Below, piece after piece: positions 48,855 to 62,319 of a stretch of 64,000 bases of DNA. The notes beneath the pieces were generated by a model. That model saw nothing but the letters and a program-made list of their open reading frames with translations. It was not told the origin of the DNA and ran no database searches. The translations under genes and the position numbers were made by a program. Origin of the DNA: Felis catus (Eukaryota); assembly GCF_018350175.1 (NCBI RefSeq), contig NC_058368.1:92196001-92260000 (forward strand). The letters are read 5' to 3'. Within the stretch, counting starts at the first letter, position 1; every line of letters begins with the position of its first letter.

Positions 48855-50266
48855 GTAGGTTGGAGGAATTGTATTTTATTTAAATGAAGAAGATTAAGTT
48901 ACATTCCAATAAATGCTTTTATAAGCAGAATTCACTTTAGTGGGAAAATCTCTGGTTCTGCCTGAATTTACCATAGTAGTCGTTGATTTCTCTGAAGTGA
49001 ATATTTTACTTTAAACAGTTCAGAATATAAGATCCAGTTAGTGTAACAAATTATATTAAAAAAATGAGCTTCTGCTGATTAAATATTAGGAAGAAAGTAA
49101 AGGGTTGGCTAGCTACACTGAAAATTTTGTCACAGTGTGGGAATTTGATTACATATTTTGTATGCTTTCCTTCTACATGTGGGCATGGACCATGTCCCTC
49201 CTGTTCAATGTTTAATCTCCGGTGCTCCACATGTAGGAGATACTCAAAAGATATTTAGTTTGAGAGAACCATACTCAGAGGAAGCAGACAAAACTAAAGT
49301 TCAGCAAATGATAGTGGACACATGGGTCCATTACCTGCTTTTATAAAAATAAATTCCGTCGGAACACTGCCATTTTCACTCTTCTGCCTATTGACTGTGG
49401 CTGCTTTCAGATGGCAGATTTGAATTAGTTGCAACAGAGACTCTCTACAAAGGCTAAAATATTTACTGCCAACCCAGTAGAAATAAAAGACAGCATTTAT
49501 TTTCTTTAGCATTAGAATACTCAGCAGTTCTCAATGCCCTTAACTTTGGTAGGTCCTTTTACTGAAAGAGTTGAAAGTGAGAGGTGGTTGATTTTCAAGG
49601 AAAGATACTATCTATGTTGGGGAAAGCAAATGATCTCTGTTCTAGTGGATATAAATGATCATGTTTTAATGTGAAAAAAATTTATTAATTGCTTTATAAT
49701 GTTTTCAAAGTAATTTTAAGGAATATCTTATAGAACACAAGATTTTATTATAAAATTTGGACATTTCATTATAGTTGGATACTATAAAGAAGGGATAATA
49801 CATTTTGTTTTTTTATAAGAGGATAATGATGAATATTATCTTTAAAAGTCTGAATGGTGAGTCCATAAAAATTCAGATTTTATTGCCCTGAAATTAGCTA
49901 AAGCTGAACAAGTAAATTTTGAATAATTTAGAAATTAATTCCTATAGGTATCATTTATCAAGTAAACCATAGTTAAGAATATGATGATAGTGTCAGAAGT
50001 TATTTTACATACAAAATTGACAAATGTGACATTTTATTAAAAACTATTGGTACTATTTTTTCTAAAGATCCTATAATTAAACTATTATGAGAATGCATTT
50101 GTAATTGCTCTATATAGTTATCCTATGAAAGGAAAAGTGTAAGTCACTGAATGATTAAGTATATATTCTAGTTAGGAATCCACTCTTTTACAGTATTTCT
50201 CTATAGTGAATTTTTGCTTTAGAATCTTTGAGGATGTATGGAGGGAATAATGGTTCTTTTTAAAAT

Positions 50267-50300
<34 letters not shown>

Positions 50301-50806
50301 TGTTTATTTTTGAGAGACAGAGCACAAGCAGGGAAGGGGCAGGGAGAGAGGGAGACACAGAATCCAAAATAGGCTCCAGGCTCTGAGCTGTCAGCACAGA
50401 GCCTGACATGAGGCTGGAACCCATGAACCGTGAGATCATGACCTGAGCCAAAGTCAGGTCGCTTAACTGACTGAGCCACCCAGGCACCCCTATTTATTTC
50501 TGAGAGTGAGAGAGACGGAGAGCGAGCACGAGCTCAGCAGGGGAGGGGCAGAGAGAGAGAGGGAGACACAGAATCTGAAGCAGGGTCCAGGCTTTGAGCT
50601 GCCAGCCACGGACCCCCAGGCGGGGCTCGAACTCAGACTGCGAGATCATGACCTGAGCTAAAGTTGGACGCTTAACTGACTGAGCCACCCAGGCGAAGAG
50701 GCTTTAAATTAAACTTGGCATGTTAAAATATATTCATAATGTTTCTTGCTGTTTCTTCTTAAACACCTTTTATAAAAGTTTTAACATGAAGAAAACTTAA
50801 TTACAG

Positions 50807-50889
50807 AAATCCTTTGATGCACTGAATTTTGTTACAATGTTAAAAATGGTGTGGATTTCCAAAGCTAGTGCCATACAACGAAAAGGCAG
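50807..50889 (+). CDS. YTHDC2: YTHDC2 exon 17 (start of motif VI)
   Basis: KSFDALNFVTMLKMVWISKASAIQRKG; 83 nt. Confidence 0.95.
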
Positions 50890-53800
50890 GTAATGTACAT
50901 TCATTCACTCAATTGCCTATAAAATGGAAACATTTTGGTATGTATTACATATTTAATATATATTCTTTCTATAAAATGTTAAGATTTTCATGTTAATCTT
51001 CATTTTTATATTTTTGTAAAGCAATCCATTTTAAAATATACTTTTTTTTAAAGGTTGAATTCAGCTTATTTTAAATTTTTTTGCGTAGTATAAGCTATAC
51101 TCAGAAGATGTAAGAAACATAGACAAAATTAAATGGAAAATCTCTTCAATATTTGCTTCATAGGACAAAGGACTAATTTCTGTATTTTGCAAAAAAACCC
51201 CTTCCAAATCAATTCACGAAGACCAATACATGAACCTCACATATATCACCTCATATATGCCAAAAGAAATGTAAATTAGTGAGGTAATATTTTTTGCTTA
51301 TCACCGGATTGTCATTGATGAAAATGTTTAACAGTACATACAACAGAGTTGGCAAAAGTATAGGCCAGTAAGCTTTCATGGTTTGCTGATGGGAGTGTAA
51401 ATTGGTGTGACTTCTTCAGAGGACAGTTTGAAACTGTTGATCCAGATCTACCCTTTGCCACTGGATTCACCTCATAATTTGTCCTGCGTATACTTGTGCA
51501 CTGTGTGCAGGGATGTGTTTAAGAATGTTTTCTGCAGCATTGTTTGTAATAGTGAAAAATCTGAGAACATTGTAGTGTCCATTAGTAGTGAAGTATTGTA
51601 GTTAGATAAATTATGCTGTAGTCACACAATGGTATACTAGGTAAGTGTTAAAAGGAAAGATGTAGATGTATGTATTTTTATAGTGGAATGGGTTTTCAGA
51701 ATATATTATTAATTGAAAAAAGTAAGGTGTGGAACGTGCATCCAATAGTATTTGCTTGTGCTAAATATGTATATGTGTATGTATATATGTATGTGTATAT
51801 ATAGTTTAATGTTTATTTTTGTGAGAGAGATGGAGTGTGAGTGGGGGAGGGGCAAAGAGAAAGGGAGACACAGGATCCGAAGCAGGCTCCAGGCTCTGAG
51901 CTGTCAGCACAAAGCCCAACACAGGGCTCGAACCCACAAACCGTGAGATCATGATCTGAGCCGAAGTCTGATGCTCAACCGACTGAGCCACCCAGGCGCC
52001 CCAGTATATATTTAGGCACAAATGCATTGTCAAGTTTGAGAGAAATATTAAAAAAACAATTGTTGACTCTGAGAAGGTGGGTTTGTGGGGCTCTTGAAGG
52101 AGATTTAATTTTCATTTTATTGCTTTGTAGTTTGGTTACTTATTTTAATAAATAACATGCTTGCGTTACTTTTTAAAAAAGATTAAAAAAGTATTGTATT
52201 TTTCGATAATCATTTGACTGATTTTTTCTTTCATTTTAACTGATAGAACAACATCAGATACTGACTTTAAAGATGTGCCTCATATGCTGAAGATGGTGGA
52301 TGCATTATTTCTGTGCTTTATACTTTCATAGGATGTTCTTGAGGGCTTGTTGCTATTACCATATCAGTTGTTTTCTTATGACAAGGTGTGGCTTGATACA
52401 CTGAGCTAGGTTTATAGGCTGTTAATAGTATATTATTAGGGATGAAAATCAGAAATTGTTAAAATTTTTCTTGTCATCTCTTTCAACAGGTATTTTTTTT
52501 TTTTTTACAGCCTTCACTGTGCAAGTGTTAGGGATACAATGATCAATAGAGTCTGATGAGTAGAGTTTGAGGTGGGGGGAATGGTGTAGTTCTTCTTGGA
52601 ATCCAGTAAAGTAAGCAATGATAATACTATGTGATTTGTGCTACAACTGGATTATGCTTCTAGAGGAGTTAAGGTAGAATCTGAGATAAATATGAATAAA
52701 GAGGTGTTGTGGCTCTCTGTCTCTCAAAAATAAATAAATGTTAAAAAAAAAAAAAGATGTTGTGGGAAGGCTTTTCTAGCAGAGGCAAGGCTTACGCAAA
52801 GGCCTAAAGAAAAGCGTGAGCAAGAAAGTTGTTTGGGTGGAGTTTAGTTTAGAGGAGAATGGTGAAAAGAGCAGAAAGAGGTAAGTTGCGGACAGGTCCT
52901 TAAGGACCCTTTTGTGTTTTCTGTCTTCTTAATCCAGAGGATGGTTCAGTGATCATATTCTTTTAGCTCTTTGAAGAATGAGTTGGTACAGACAAAACTG
53001 ATGGTAGGAGGACCCAGTAGGAGGCTCTTTCATTAATATTTGCATTTAAAGTAAGGGAGAGATGACAGTAGTGTGGATTGTGATAGTGGAGAAATAAAGT
53101 AGATAATTCATTCAGGAGATACTAAGGGGTAAGGAATACTGTGGAGTCAAGGATGTCATACAGGTGTCTTAGAAATTTTGTGGATGGTGGTGCTGTCGTC
53201 ATGGAAAGTGGGAATAGTGGTTCTGTTGGGGAGAAGAATGAACTTTTGGTTGTGTTGAGTTTGACTGGAAAACCTAAGTGGGGCTAAAAGGTTTCATAAG
53301 GGTAAATGTAGGGCTAGGATGAAGAGATCTCAGTGGATGGAAATTGAAGTCAGGAGGATAATTACGATCCCCTTGGGAGAGAGGGTAGAGCAGGAGAGCA
53401 GAGGGCTGAGGTCCAGCCTCACAGGAACATCAACATTTAAGGACTGGCAAAAGACAGAGGTATCTCAGAAGAGGCAGGAGAGGAGGGAAAGTGGATGGGT
53501 TGATAGTGAGGAAAGTACTGATGAAGGAAGCAGTGGTCCAGAGTCTATTTTTTTGTAACTTTGTAACTACAACAGTATGTTACTTATGTTCGGGGGTCTG
53601 GATTGTGAGCTTTGCCAAGATAGGAATATTTCTATATCTCTCTCATTTAGCATACTCAGCCTTGCCATTAGCGGACATGATGACTGTGGGTGAAATGAAA
53701 ATAGACTGCTTTTCTTCGAGATATTTTTCTGCTGCTTCCCAGAAAATGATACAAGTCTGTACGGTGACGGGGAAGGTGGTGGGGATGCCGCTCCCTGGGA

Positions 53801-53898
53801 GCTGTTTAATGCCTGCTTTGTGCAATTCTAAACAGCGGCATATGCACTGAGCTCTGAGCACAGTGCTTGTGTCAGTTCAGTAAAGCTGATGAAATTTA

Positions 53899-53995
53899 TT
53901 TTCTTTTCAAATTTTTATTTAAATTCTAGTTAGTTAACATACAGTGCAATATTGGTTTCAGCAGTAGGATTCAGTGATTCATCATTTACATATAC
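53899..53995 (-). mobile_element. Very short carnivore L1 3' tail
   Basis: ttctagttagttaacatacagtgcaatattggtttcag; near-perfect TSD aaagctgRtgaaattta at 53882 and 53996. Confidence 0.75.
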
Positions 53996-54314
53996 AAAGC
54001 TGGTGAAATTTAAATTACCATGTATTTTTCTTTATTTTTAGTCTCATATGTATCTTACCTAAAAAAATTTTTTTAATCATTTCCTTAGAAGGCTTATCAG
54101 GTAGGTGTCATTCATGAATTTTTATAAATGAATCCCAGATGGGTAAAGTGCCTTCTGGAAAGATTCAGAGGGGAGGAGTATCACAGTAGGGATTTGCACT
54201 CAGATGTCCTGACCCTGGTCCATTGCTCTGTCTCCTTAGCACACTGCTTGTATAGTTTCCTTGATATAGTCTTCATTTCTTGTTTGAATCTCAATTTTTT
54301 ATTTCGCTTTTAAG

Positions 54315-54420
54315 GGCAGGGAGATGTAGACCTGGAATTTGTTTCCGGCTGTTCAGCAGACTCCGATTCCAGAATATGTTGGAATTTCAGACTCCAGAAC
54401 TTTTGAGAATGCCATTACAG
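54315..54420 (+). CDS. YTHDC2: YTHDC2 exon 18 (motif VI RAGR)
   Basis: AGRCRPGICFRLFSRLRFQNMLEFQTPELLRMPLQ; 106 nt. Confidence 0.96.
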
Positions 54421-55878
54421 GTAGGAATTTACGAAACTCTAAATTAGAGGCTATTTTTGTGGGTGACAGAGGAGAAAGGACCATTTTAACTTATACTAGT
54501 TGGACTTTTAAATAGTCAACTCCTAAAACGAACTTATAAAATGTATATTATGTAGGGTGGTTATGTACCTAACATTTTTTTCCTATACTAGAAAATCCAT
54601 AAACCTCTAAAATTTTAAAGAGTTACTTGAATGCATTTAAATTATGGTACAGTTTATAAATACGCTTTTTTTTATATGCGACATTTTAGAAGTCTAACGA
54701 CCACATTGTGTTCACCTTTCACATTCTCACTGAGGATTAGAAAACAAATTATTTAAGGTCCAAAAGATAATGCCACAATCTCAGTTTAAGACGCTGAGAT
54801 TACGATGGTAGTTTAGAAGGGAGTCTGCTGAGATTTCCTGGCCTTTATTGTTTTGCTTTAGGTCTTCTCACTTCACAGAACAGCCAGAAATTGTAGTTTC
54901 TAGGGAAAACTACCGGAAGTACATTAATTTGATTATCTGGTGTGCTGAGATGGATGTTGGTTTCTAAACATTTCCAGAGATACTGGATCATGTTTTTGGT
55001 ATTCATGTACCTGGATGACTTCCCACTTTTCCATGCCTTATGGTTTTAGGATCAAATACAAAACTCTTAACAGGAGCCTAAATTATCTGCCCTTCCTGTG
55101 TCTCTAGTTTTAATTTTGACATCTTGTCTTTTCTTCTCTCTCTGCTCATACCAGTAGTTCGAATTTCTCAAGCACACCTTGTTTCTGTATTAGGGGCTTC
55201 CTCTGTGTGCTCCGCTCTCCCTAGAATCCTCCCTCTTGTTTCTTTGATAATTACCTCCTACTCAGTCGTTACATCCAAGTTTAAGTGCTGGTTCCCCAGA
55301 GATGTTGTCTTTGACTTCCCATGGCCTCCTCCTGCCCTTTCCTGAACTTGATTAAATATTTTCCTTTACCTCTTTAGTTCTCTGTATCCTTCACAGCATT
55401 TATAAAAATTGTAACTAAGTAGTTAATTGTGTCATTATTCTGTTTTTCCCACAATGAAAAATCCACCAGGGCAGACACTTGTCTACTTTTTCTACCAACT
55501 TGCTGCATAGTCCCTAGCACCTGGCAAGCACTTTGTTGAACGGATAAAAGATTCTAGAATGTAATGTAAAGGAAAAAAAGAGACTTCTGGACAATAACTC
55601 TTACTGTTATGTATAAGAACTGTGTGAGGAGACATCGCCAGTGTGGGCAATGGTAATCTTGATAGGAGGTAATGGAGGGTGTTTATTATATTAAAGTTTT
55701 AGCACCTAGGGCAAGGTTAGAGCCTGTCTTTCATAGAAAGACATGGTTCCCTCTACTGTTCATTTTAAGCAGAGACTCTACTAGTCGGTTTGGGGACTGT
55801 GTTTCCCATGATTTCTTTAAAAAACAAAATCACCATAAATTTCAGCATTTCAACATTATTTGCTGTTCTTATTTGCAG

Positions 55879-55998
55879 GAACTTTGTTTACATACTAAGC
55901 TGTTAGCCCCAGTTAATTGTCCTATTGCCGATTTCCTAATGAAAGCTCCTGAACCTCCACCTGCTTTAATTGTAAGAAATGCTGTACACATGCTTAAG
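55879..55998 (+). CDS. YTHDC2: YTHDC2 exon 19
   Basis: ELCLHTKLLAPVNCPIADFLMKAPEPPPALIVRNAVHMLK; 120 nt. Confidence 0.96.
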
Positions 55999-56319
55999 GT
56001 TCGTGTCTTCATAGTTTTCACTTTACTGATTTTACTTGAAATTTAAAGTGGGAATATATATCTTGCCTGATTTTTGTACTTAAAAAGATTATCTGAAAGA
56101 AGCATGTACTTTGAATAATACTCTCATGGTAATTACAGTAAAACAGTTGATGTAGATCTTTTTTTATATAAAATATTTGAAGCAAACGATGTTTTCTATA
56201 AGATGTGGCAAAAGAAAATTTACATTTTTATTTCTTTATGATTTTTAAGTATGCAGTTCGATTAAACATCATGAAACATTTTGGTCCTGCCAGATTCTGT
56301 TTTGTGTGCTTTTATTTAG

Positions 56320-56592
56320 ACAATAGATGCAATGGACGCGTGGGAAGATCTCACTGAGCTTGGGTATCATTTGGCTGACCTGCCCGTAGAACCACATCTT
56401 GGAAAAATGGTCCTGTGTGCTGTCGTGTTAAAGTGTCTGGACCCCATCCTTACAATTGCCTGCACCCTGGCCTATCGAGACCCTTTTGTACTGCCAACCC
56501 AGGCCTCTCAAAAGCGCGCAGCTATGCTCTGTAGGAAACGCTTCACTGCAGGAACTTTCAGTGACCACATGGCACTTCTCAGAGCATTCCAG
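56320..56592 (+). CDS. YTHDC2: YTHDC2 exon 20 (HA2 domain)
   Basis: TIDAMDAWEDLTELGYHLADLPVEPHLGKMVL...FSDHMALLRAFQ; 273 nt. Confidence 0.97.
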
Positions 56593-57662
56593 GTACTGGT
56601 CGTTGTTGTCATTTCATTTCTGAACATGTTGCTGGTTGAACACACTTCTGGGGCAAGTGTAACAAATTAAAAAAGAGCTAGGACTCCATTAATTTGGTTT
56701 CCTTATAAAGTCACATTTTATAAATAGCTCAGAAACATACATTCCTGCTGTCCTTGTGTTAAAATTATCACTGTTTTTCTCTACCTTTTTTTCTTTTATC
56801 TTCTCAGTTTTCTCCCTGTAGGAATATGTGTATGTATATATTTATTTACTTATATGTATTTTTTAATATCCAAGTTCCTTTTAATCATATCTTGGGCAGG
56901 AAATGCTCTCAAATTTTGGTTGAGAAGCAATGTATATTATGGGGTGCCTGGTTGACTTAGTCGATTGAGTGTCTGACTCTTGATTTTGGCTCAGGTCATG
57001 ATCTCATGATTCGTGCGTTTGAGCCTACGTTGGGCTCCACACTGTGTGGAGCCTGCTTGGGATTCTCTCTCTGCCTCTCCCCCTCTCTCACAATAAATAA
57101 TTAAACTTAAAAAAAAAAAGAGATAATGTATATTATTCAAAGTATGTAGAACAAACCGAGGAAGAAACTTATCTTGAATTTAGTATCTCTGTGTTGATTT
57201 TTTTTTTTAGAGTATGTCTTTTTCTTGTGTGCTCAAGACACGATGCTAAGAACTTAATTTTATAAAATAAAATCTAAATACCATTTAAAACTTTTTAAGA
57301 TAACAGTAGTGAGAAATTGATGAACATGATAAATAAGAAAGAAAAGATAAGGAAAATAGGATTCTGAGGAAAGGAAATGATATGTAATTTAGAATTTCAG
57401 ATATGTGGAGAAGAATATGTTATTTCTTGAAAAGGCATCCTTAAATTCTCTTGAATGTGGGCTATGACTATACATTTTTTAAAAATTTAATTTTGTTGGG
57501 ACGCCTGGGTGGCTCATTTGGTTAAGTGCCAACTTCGGCTCAGGGTTGATCTCACTGTTTGTGAGTTTGAGCCCTGCGTCGGGCTCTGTGCTGACAACTC
57601 AAAGCCTGGAGCCTGCTTCAGATCCTGTGTCTCCCTATCTGTCTGCCCCTCCCCTGCCCATG

Positions 57663-57703
<41 letters not shown>

Positions 57704-58451
57704 AAAAATAAAATAAACATAAAAAAAAATTTCATTTTGTTTATGCAGAAGAGACTCTTTTCCAGGCATAGATGATTTTTTCACTATATACGGTTTAAAG
57801 AAAACACTGGCAAGCTATTTTGTGAGCATTATTGAACAATGGATAATGCAATGCTATTGAGTCTATTAGATACCACGTCTTACAGTAGATTAGTTGAGTA
57901 GATAATAATTAGAGGGAGATTTGGAGTAGAATTCCTATGTATTCTTTGCTTTTCTCCCAGCTCCTTCAAGAGCAGAAAGGATAAATTACTGCTTTGGTCT
58001 TTCAGTTATATTCCAAAGCAAGAAAAGTCATTTTCAAAGAGAAGTTTTCCTATACTGCATATAGATGGTTTCTAGAAATCCCACTTCCCATTCAAAGATA
58101 GATTAAGAGGTTGATATAGAGCTTATTTTTGGAGGACTGGAGTGGCAGAATCCTTAAATATAAGTGGTGTTTATAATGGCTTAGTTAAAAACCTCCCACA
58201 CTTCAGTGGAAGAAAATTAGCAAACACATATGAAAAGTTAAATATGTTTACACAGCTGGTCATTTAAGTTAAAGGATACGTAGTTTTCATTGGGATTTTA
58301 TAAACTCAGTGACTTTCATAGAATTTGAGTATAAATTAATGATAAATTTCATCTGATCATAAAGTCTTAGATTTTATTTTTTATATTTAATTTAAAAATT
58401 TTATTTTTTTATTTTTAAATTAAAAAAAAATTTTAATGTCTATTTATTATT

Positions 58452-58872
58452 ATTATTTTTTTTTCAACGTTTATTTATTTTTGGGACAGAGAGAGACAGA
58501 GCATGAACAGGGGAGGGGCAGAGAGAAAGGGAGACACAGAATCGGAAACAGGCTCCAGGCTCTGAGCCATCAGCCCAGAGCCCGACGCGGGGCTCGAACT
58601 CACGGACCGCGAGATCATGACCTGGCTGAAGTCGGACGCTTAACCGACTGCGCCACCCAGGCGCCCCAATGTCTATTTATTATTGAGAGACTGAGAGACA
58701 CAGAGCGTGAGCAGGGGAGGGGTAGAGAGAGGGGGAGACATAGAATCCGAGGCAGGCTCCAGGCTCTGAGCTGTCAGCACAGAGCCCAACATGGGGCTCG
58801 AACTCACAAACTGTGAGATCATGACCTGAGCTGAAGTTGGTCGCTCATCTGACTGAGCCACCCAGGCGCCCC
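58452..58872 (-). mobile_element. Young SINEC_Fc (58452-58667) inserted in the tail of an older SINE
   Basis: 17-bp TSD aatgtctatttattatt at 58435-58451 and 58668-58684. Confidence 0.92.
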
Positions 58873-58899
58873 CTAATTTTAAAATTTTAATAAAAAAAA

Positions 58900-59390
58900 T
58901 TGAGACGTCATTGACATATTAGTTTTAGGTGTAAAACACATTGATACTGTAATTGTATGCATTGCAAAATGATCTCCACAGTAAGGCTAGTTAACATCTA
59001 TCATTGCATATAGTTACAAATTTTTTTCTGTTTGTGATGATAACTTTTAAGATATACTCTCTGGTATGTTAACTAGATTTATTGTGGTGATAATTTCACA
59101 TTAATATATGGCTATTGGATCACTATTTTGTATACCTGAAATGAGTATAATGTTAAATGTCAGTGATATCTCAATAAAAAAAAAGTGGACAAAAAAAATT
59201 CTCTTATCAACTTTCAAATATACAATACAGTGTTATTAACTATAGTTACCATGCTGTACTACAGTTACCTTCCCAGGACTTAATTTATTTTGTAACTGGA
59301 AGTTTGTATCTTTTGACTCCTTTCATCCATTTTACTTCCTCTCCTCCCTCACCTCTGGCAACTACCAATCTGTTCTCTGTATCTTTGAGT
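58900..59390 (-). mobile_element. L1MA-type 3' end carrying an oppositely oriented short L1 3' end (59062-59198)
   Basis: Host text resumes (ctcttatcaactttcaaatatacaatacag) after a sense fragment ending tctcaataaaaaaaaa. Confidence 0.7.
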
Positions 59391-59426
59391 TTTGTTTGTT
59401 TGTTTATTTATAAATGTTTATTTAAT

Positions 59427-59466
<40 letters not shown>

Positions 59467-59786
59467 CACAAGGCAGGGAGAGGCAGAGAGAGAGGGAGAC
59501 ACAGAATCTGAAGCAGGCTTCAGGCTCCAAGCTGTCAGCACAGAGCCTGATGTGGGGCTCGAATCCACGAACTGTGAAATAATAACCTGAACTGAAGACG
59601 GACGCATAACTGAGCTGAGTCACCCAGTCGCCCTGAGTTTTGTTTTTTTTAATGAAGTCCTAGATTTTATCAAATAATTAGAAGGAGAATTGACCTTGAG
59701 TGGTTAATGTAGTGGTTTTCAGTTACTTTGCTGCCTAACTAAGGAGTTTGGTAAATGTGTCTCGTTATATAATTATGTTTTTGTAG

Positions 59787-59913
59787 GCATGGCAGAAAGC
59801 ACGAAGTGATGGGTGGGAGCGAGCCTTTTGCGAAAAGAATTTTCTTTCGCAAGCTACCATGGAAATAATCATTGGTATGAGAACTCAGTTGCTTGGTCAA
59901 CTTAGAGCATCAG
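59787..59913 (+). CDS. YTHDC2: YTHDC2 exon 21
   Basis: AWQKARSDGWERAFCEKNFLSQATMEIIIGMRTQLLGQLRAS; 127 nt. Confidence 0.96.
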
Positions 59914-60645
59914 GTAATGTTTTCCCCAGAGAACCTATTTAGGCCCCTGAGAGTACCCTACCTATACCTCGTAGTATTTGTAGTGTTAACTGATGCCATT
60001 TTACATTATTTTTATGATGTTTTTACATTGTTGTAGATCTTGTATTTATGAACTGTGTTGTAGACTCCTATGTGATCTCAGAGTTTGTTGATTTAAAAAA
60101 TGATATTGTGGAGGCCTCTAGCTGAGAAATCTATGAACACCTTTTGATACTGTAGGCAGTGAGCAATTTGTAGTCTATTTGTTGGCAAAGATCATTGTAG
60201 ATAATGTAGCTCTGTTTTATCACTATTAATAAACGATCATTATGTCTGTGAAATAGAAGTTAAAAAATGTAAGTAGGTTGATCTGAATGCTGGTCTTCAT
60301 GTTTGTGGAACATAAAACAACTAGTAATCACTTGAAGGTACTTAATTTTTTTTTTTTAAAAAGAGAATGCCAGTATTGCTATGTCAATTTAGAATTGTAT
60401 CTTTAAATTTCCTTTTGAGTAGCATGGTACATTGAAAAAATAGCCAAAGACTACCAGAGCCTGGATTCATAGATTAGCTAAAGTGTTAAAATAATATAAG
60501 GAGCGAGCCAAAGGATTTCGAGTTGTTGTAAATATCAGGAAATGTGAAGGGCGTTGGAAATTCAAGCAAGAATATATTTACTTCACTCCAGAATTTGTCT
60601 GTCATAACCACAGTGTTATTAATACCAGGTAGAAGAGTGGTTTAG

Positions 60646-60857
60646 ATTTTCAGCTGTGACTTTAGTACATTTCTATTTCTTTTTTTAAATTTTAGTACAT
60701 TTCTCATAGAAGCTTATGAAGAACTTTGTAGCAAGAGTGTGTATTTTTTAAAAAATTTTCAGCTGTGACTTTAGTGCATTTCTTTTTTTAAATTTTAGTA
60801 CATTTCTGATCGCAGCTTATGAAGAACTTTATAGCAAGAGTGTGTATTTTTTTTTAA
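60646..60857. repeat. About 109-bp tandem duplication (2 copies) in intron 21
   Basis: attttcagctgtgactttagt...gcttatgaagaacttt.tagcaagagtgtgtatttttt starts at 60646 and 60755. Confidence 0.92.
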
Positions 60858-61066
60858 GAGTCCCACATCCCCAGTGAACAAACCTAAACTTTATTAGAAT
60901 ATTTAATCTGTATCTTAAACTTACCAGAGGAGATTTTATTAATTGCTCTGGAATTTGAATATCCCTAAACTTACATGGGCTATACAATTTTTGTAAAAAA
61001 TGCATACGTTTAAAAGTATATTTTGCACAATAGAAAAAGTTGGTGTGGTTTTTTTCCTCCTTCTAG

Positions 61067-61272
61067 GTTTTGTTAGAGCACGAGGCGGTGGTGACATTCG
61101 AGATGTTAACACAAATTCCGAGAACTGGGCTGTTGTTAAAGCTGCATTGGTGGCAGGCATGTATCCTAATGTAGTCCATGTGGACAGAGAGAATGTAGTA
61201 CTGACAGGGCCAAAGGAGAAAAAAGTTCGGTTTCATCCCACTTCAGTTCTCAGTCAGCCTCAATATAAAAAG
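61067..61272 (+). CDS. YTHDC2: YTHDC2 exon 22 (OB-fold region)
   Basis: FVRARGGGDIRDVNTNSENWAVVKAALVAGMYPN...VRFHPTSVLSQPQYKK; 206 nt. Confidence 0.96.
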
Positions 61273-61616
61273 GTAAAACATTTTTAATGCTGTCTTAGGC
61301 CTTGAAGTCAAACTGATCTAATTTACATAGTTGAAGATCAACCAAAAATGCTCCAAATACCAGCCTGCTTTAAGAAATTAGTTACCTATGTCTAATTCAA
61401 CATTGGAACAAATTTTTGATGGAATCTTAGAGTTGGAAGAGGTAGTGTGTTAGGTAATGAGGACTACTAGCTGTATGAACAAGGACGTGCTTTAGTTTTT
61501 GCTTGAGTATTAATACACCTCATCTGTTTCATTGAGGGACTTTTTACATTTTAAAAGTATTGCTGGTAAACTAGGTGACATACAGTTAACAATTCTTCAA
61601 TCCATTTTTCTAATAG

Positions 61617-61812
61617 ATTCCTCCAGCCAATGGTCAGGCTGCAGCGATTCAGGCACTACCTACAGATTGGCTTATTTATGATGAAATGACCAGGGCCCAT
61701 AGAATAGCTAATATTCGATGTTGTTCAGCAGTGACACCCGTCACTATATTGGTATTCTGTGGACCAGCTAGATTGGCAAGTAACGCTCTTCAAGAACCTT
61801 CATCATTTCGAG
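61617..61812 (+). CDS. YTHDC2: YTHDC2 exon 23 (last in window; YTH-domain exons lie beyond)
   Basis: IPPANGQAAAIQALPTDWLIYDEMTRAHRIANIRCCSAVTPVTILVFCGPARLASNALQEPSSFR; 196 nt. Confidence 0.96.
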
Positions 61813-62319
61813 GTAAATGGATTATGAAGGAAATGAAAATCTATCTGCAATGAAATTTTTTTCACTGGACCAAATAAATTTTGAAATTACCGAAATTTAT
61901 GTAGTAGTAGCTCCCTTTTGATATGGTAAGACTAATTAGAAACTACTGAAGTATACCTCAGTTCTTAAAAATTGATTTTTCTGAAGGTAACTTGGTATTG
62001 ATTTGTGCATTTTTGATTAATCTTGATAGGTTTACTTTTCTCTCCCACTTGAAGTTAAATAACAGTTTAACATAAATAAAGGTAATTGTTTAAGGAAATA
62101 ATATTAATAGTGACCCATGATCTCATTTCCCTTATGCAAACACTTTTTAATATTATTTTAAAATTATGTTTAATATTTTTACATATTTCTTAAGCTATTT
62201 TACATTGTTATTTTCATTATGCAGAATATAAGTTTTAAAAAATCTTTTATATTAATGGCTGCAAAATATACTATCACTTAAAAGTGGCGTAATGCATTTA
62301 AAATGTTCTGGCGGGAGCG

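Noticed and set aside
53677..53850. Possible intronic C/D-box snoRNA (ATGATGA ... CTGA)
   Set aside because: No terminal stem or recognisable guide sequence; such motifs arise by chance in AT-rich introns.
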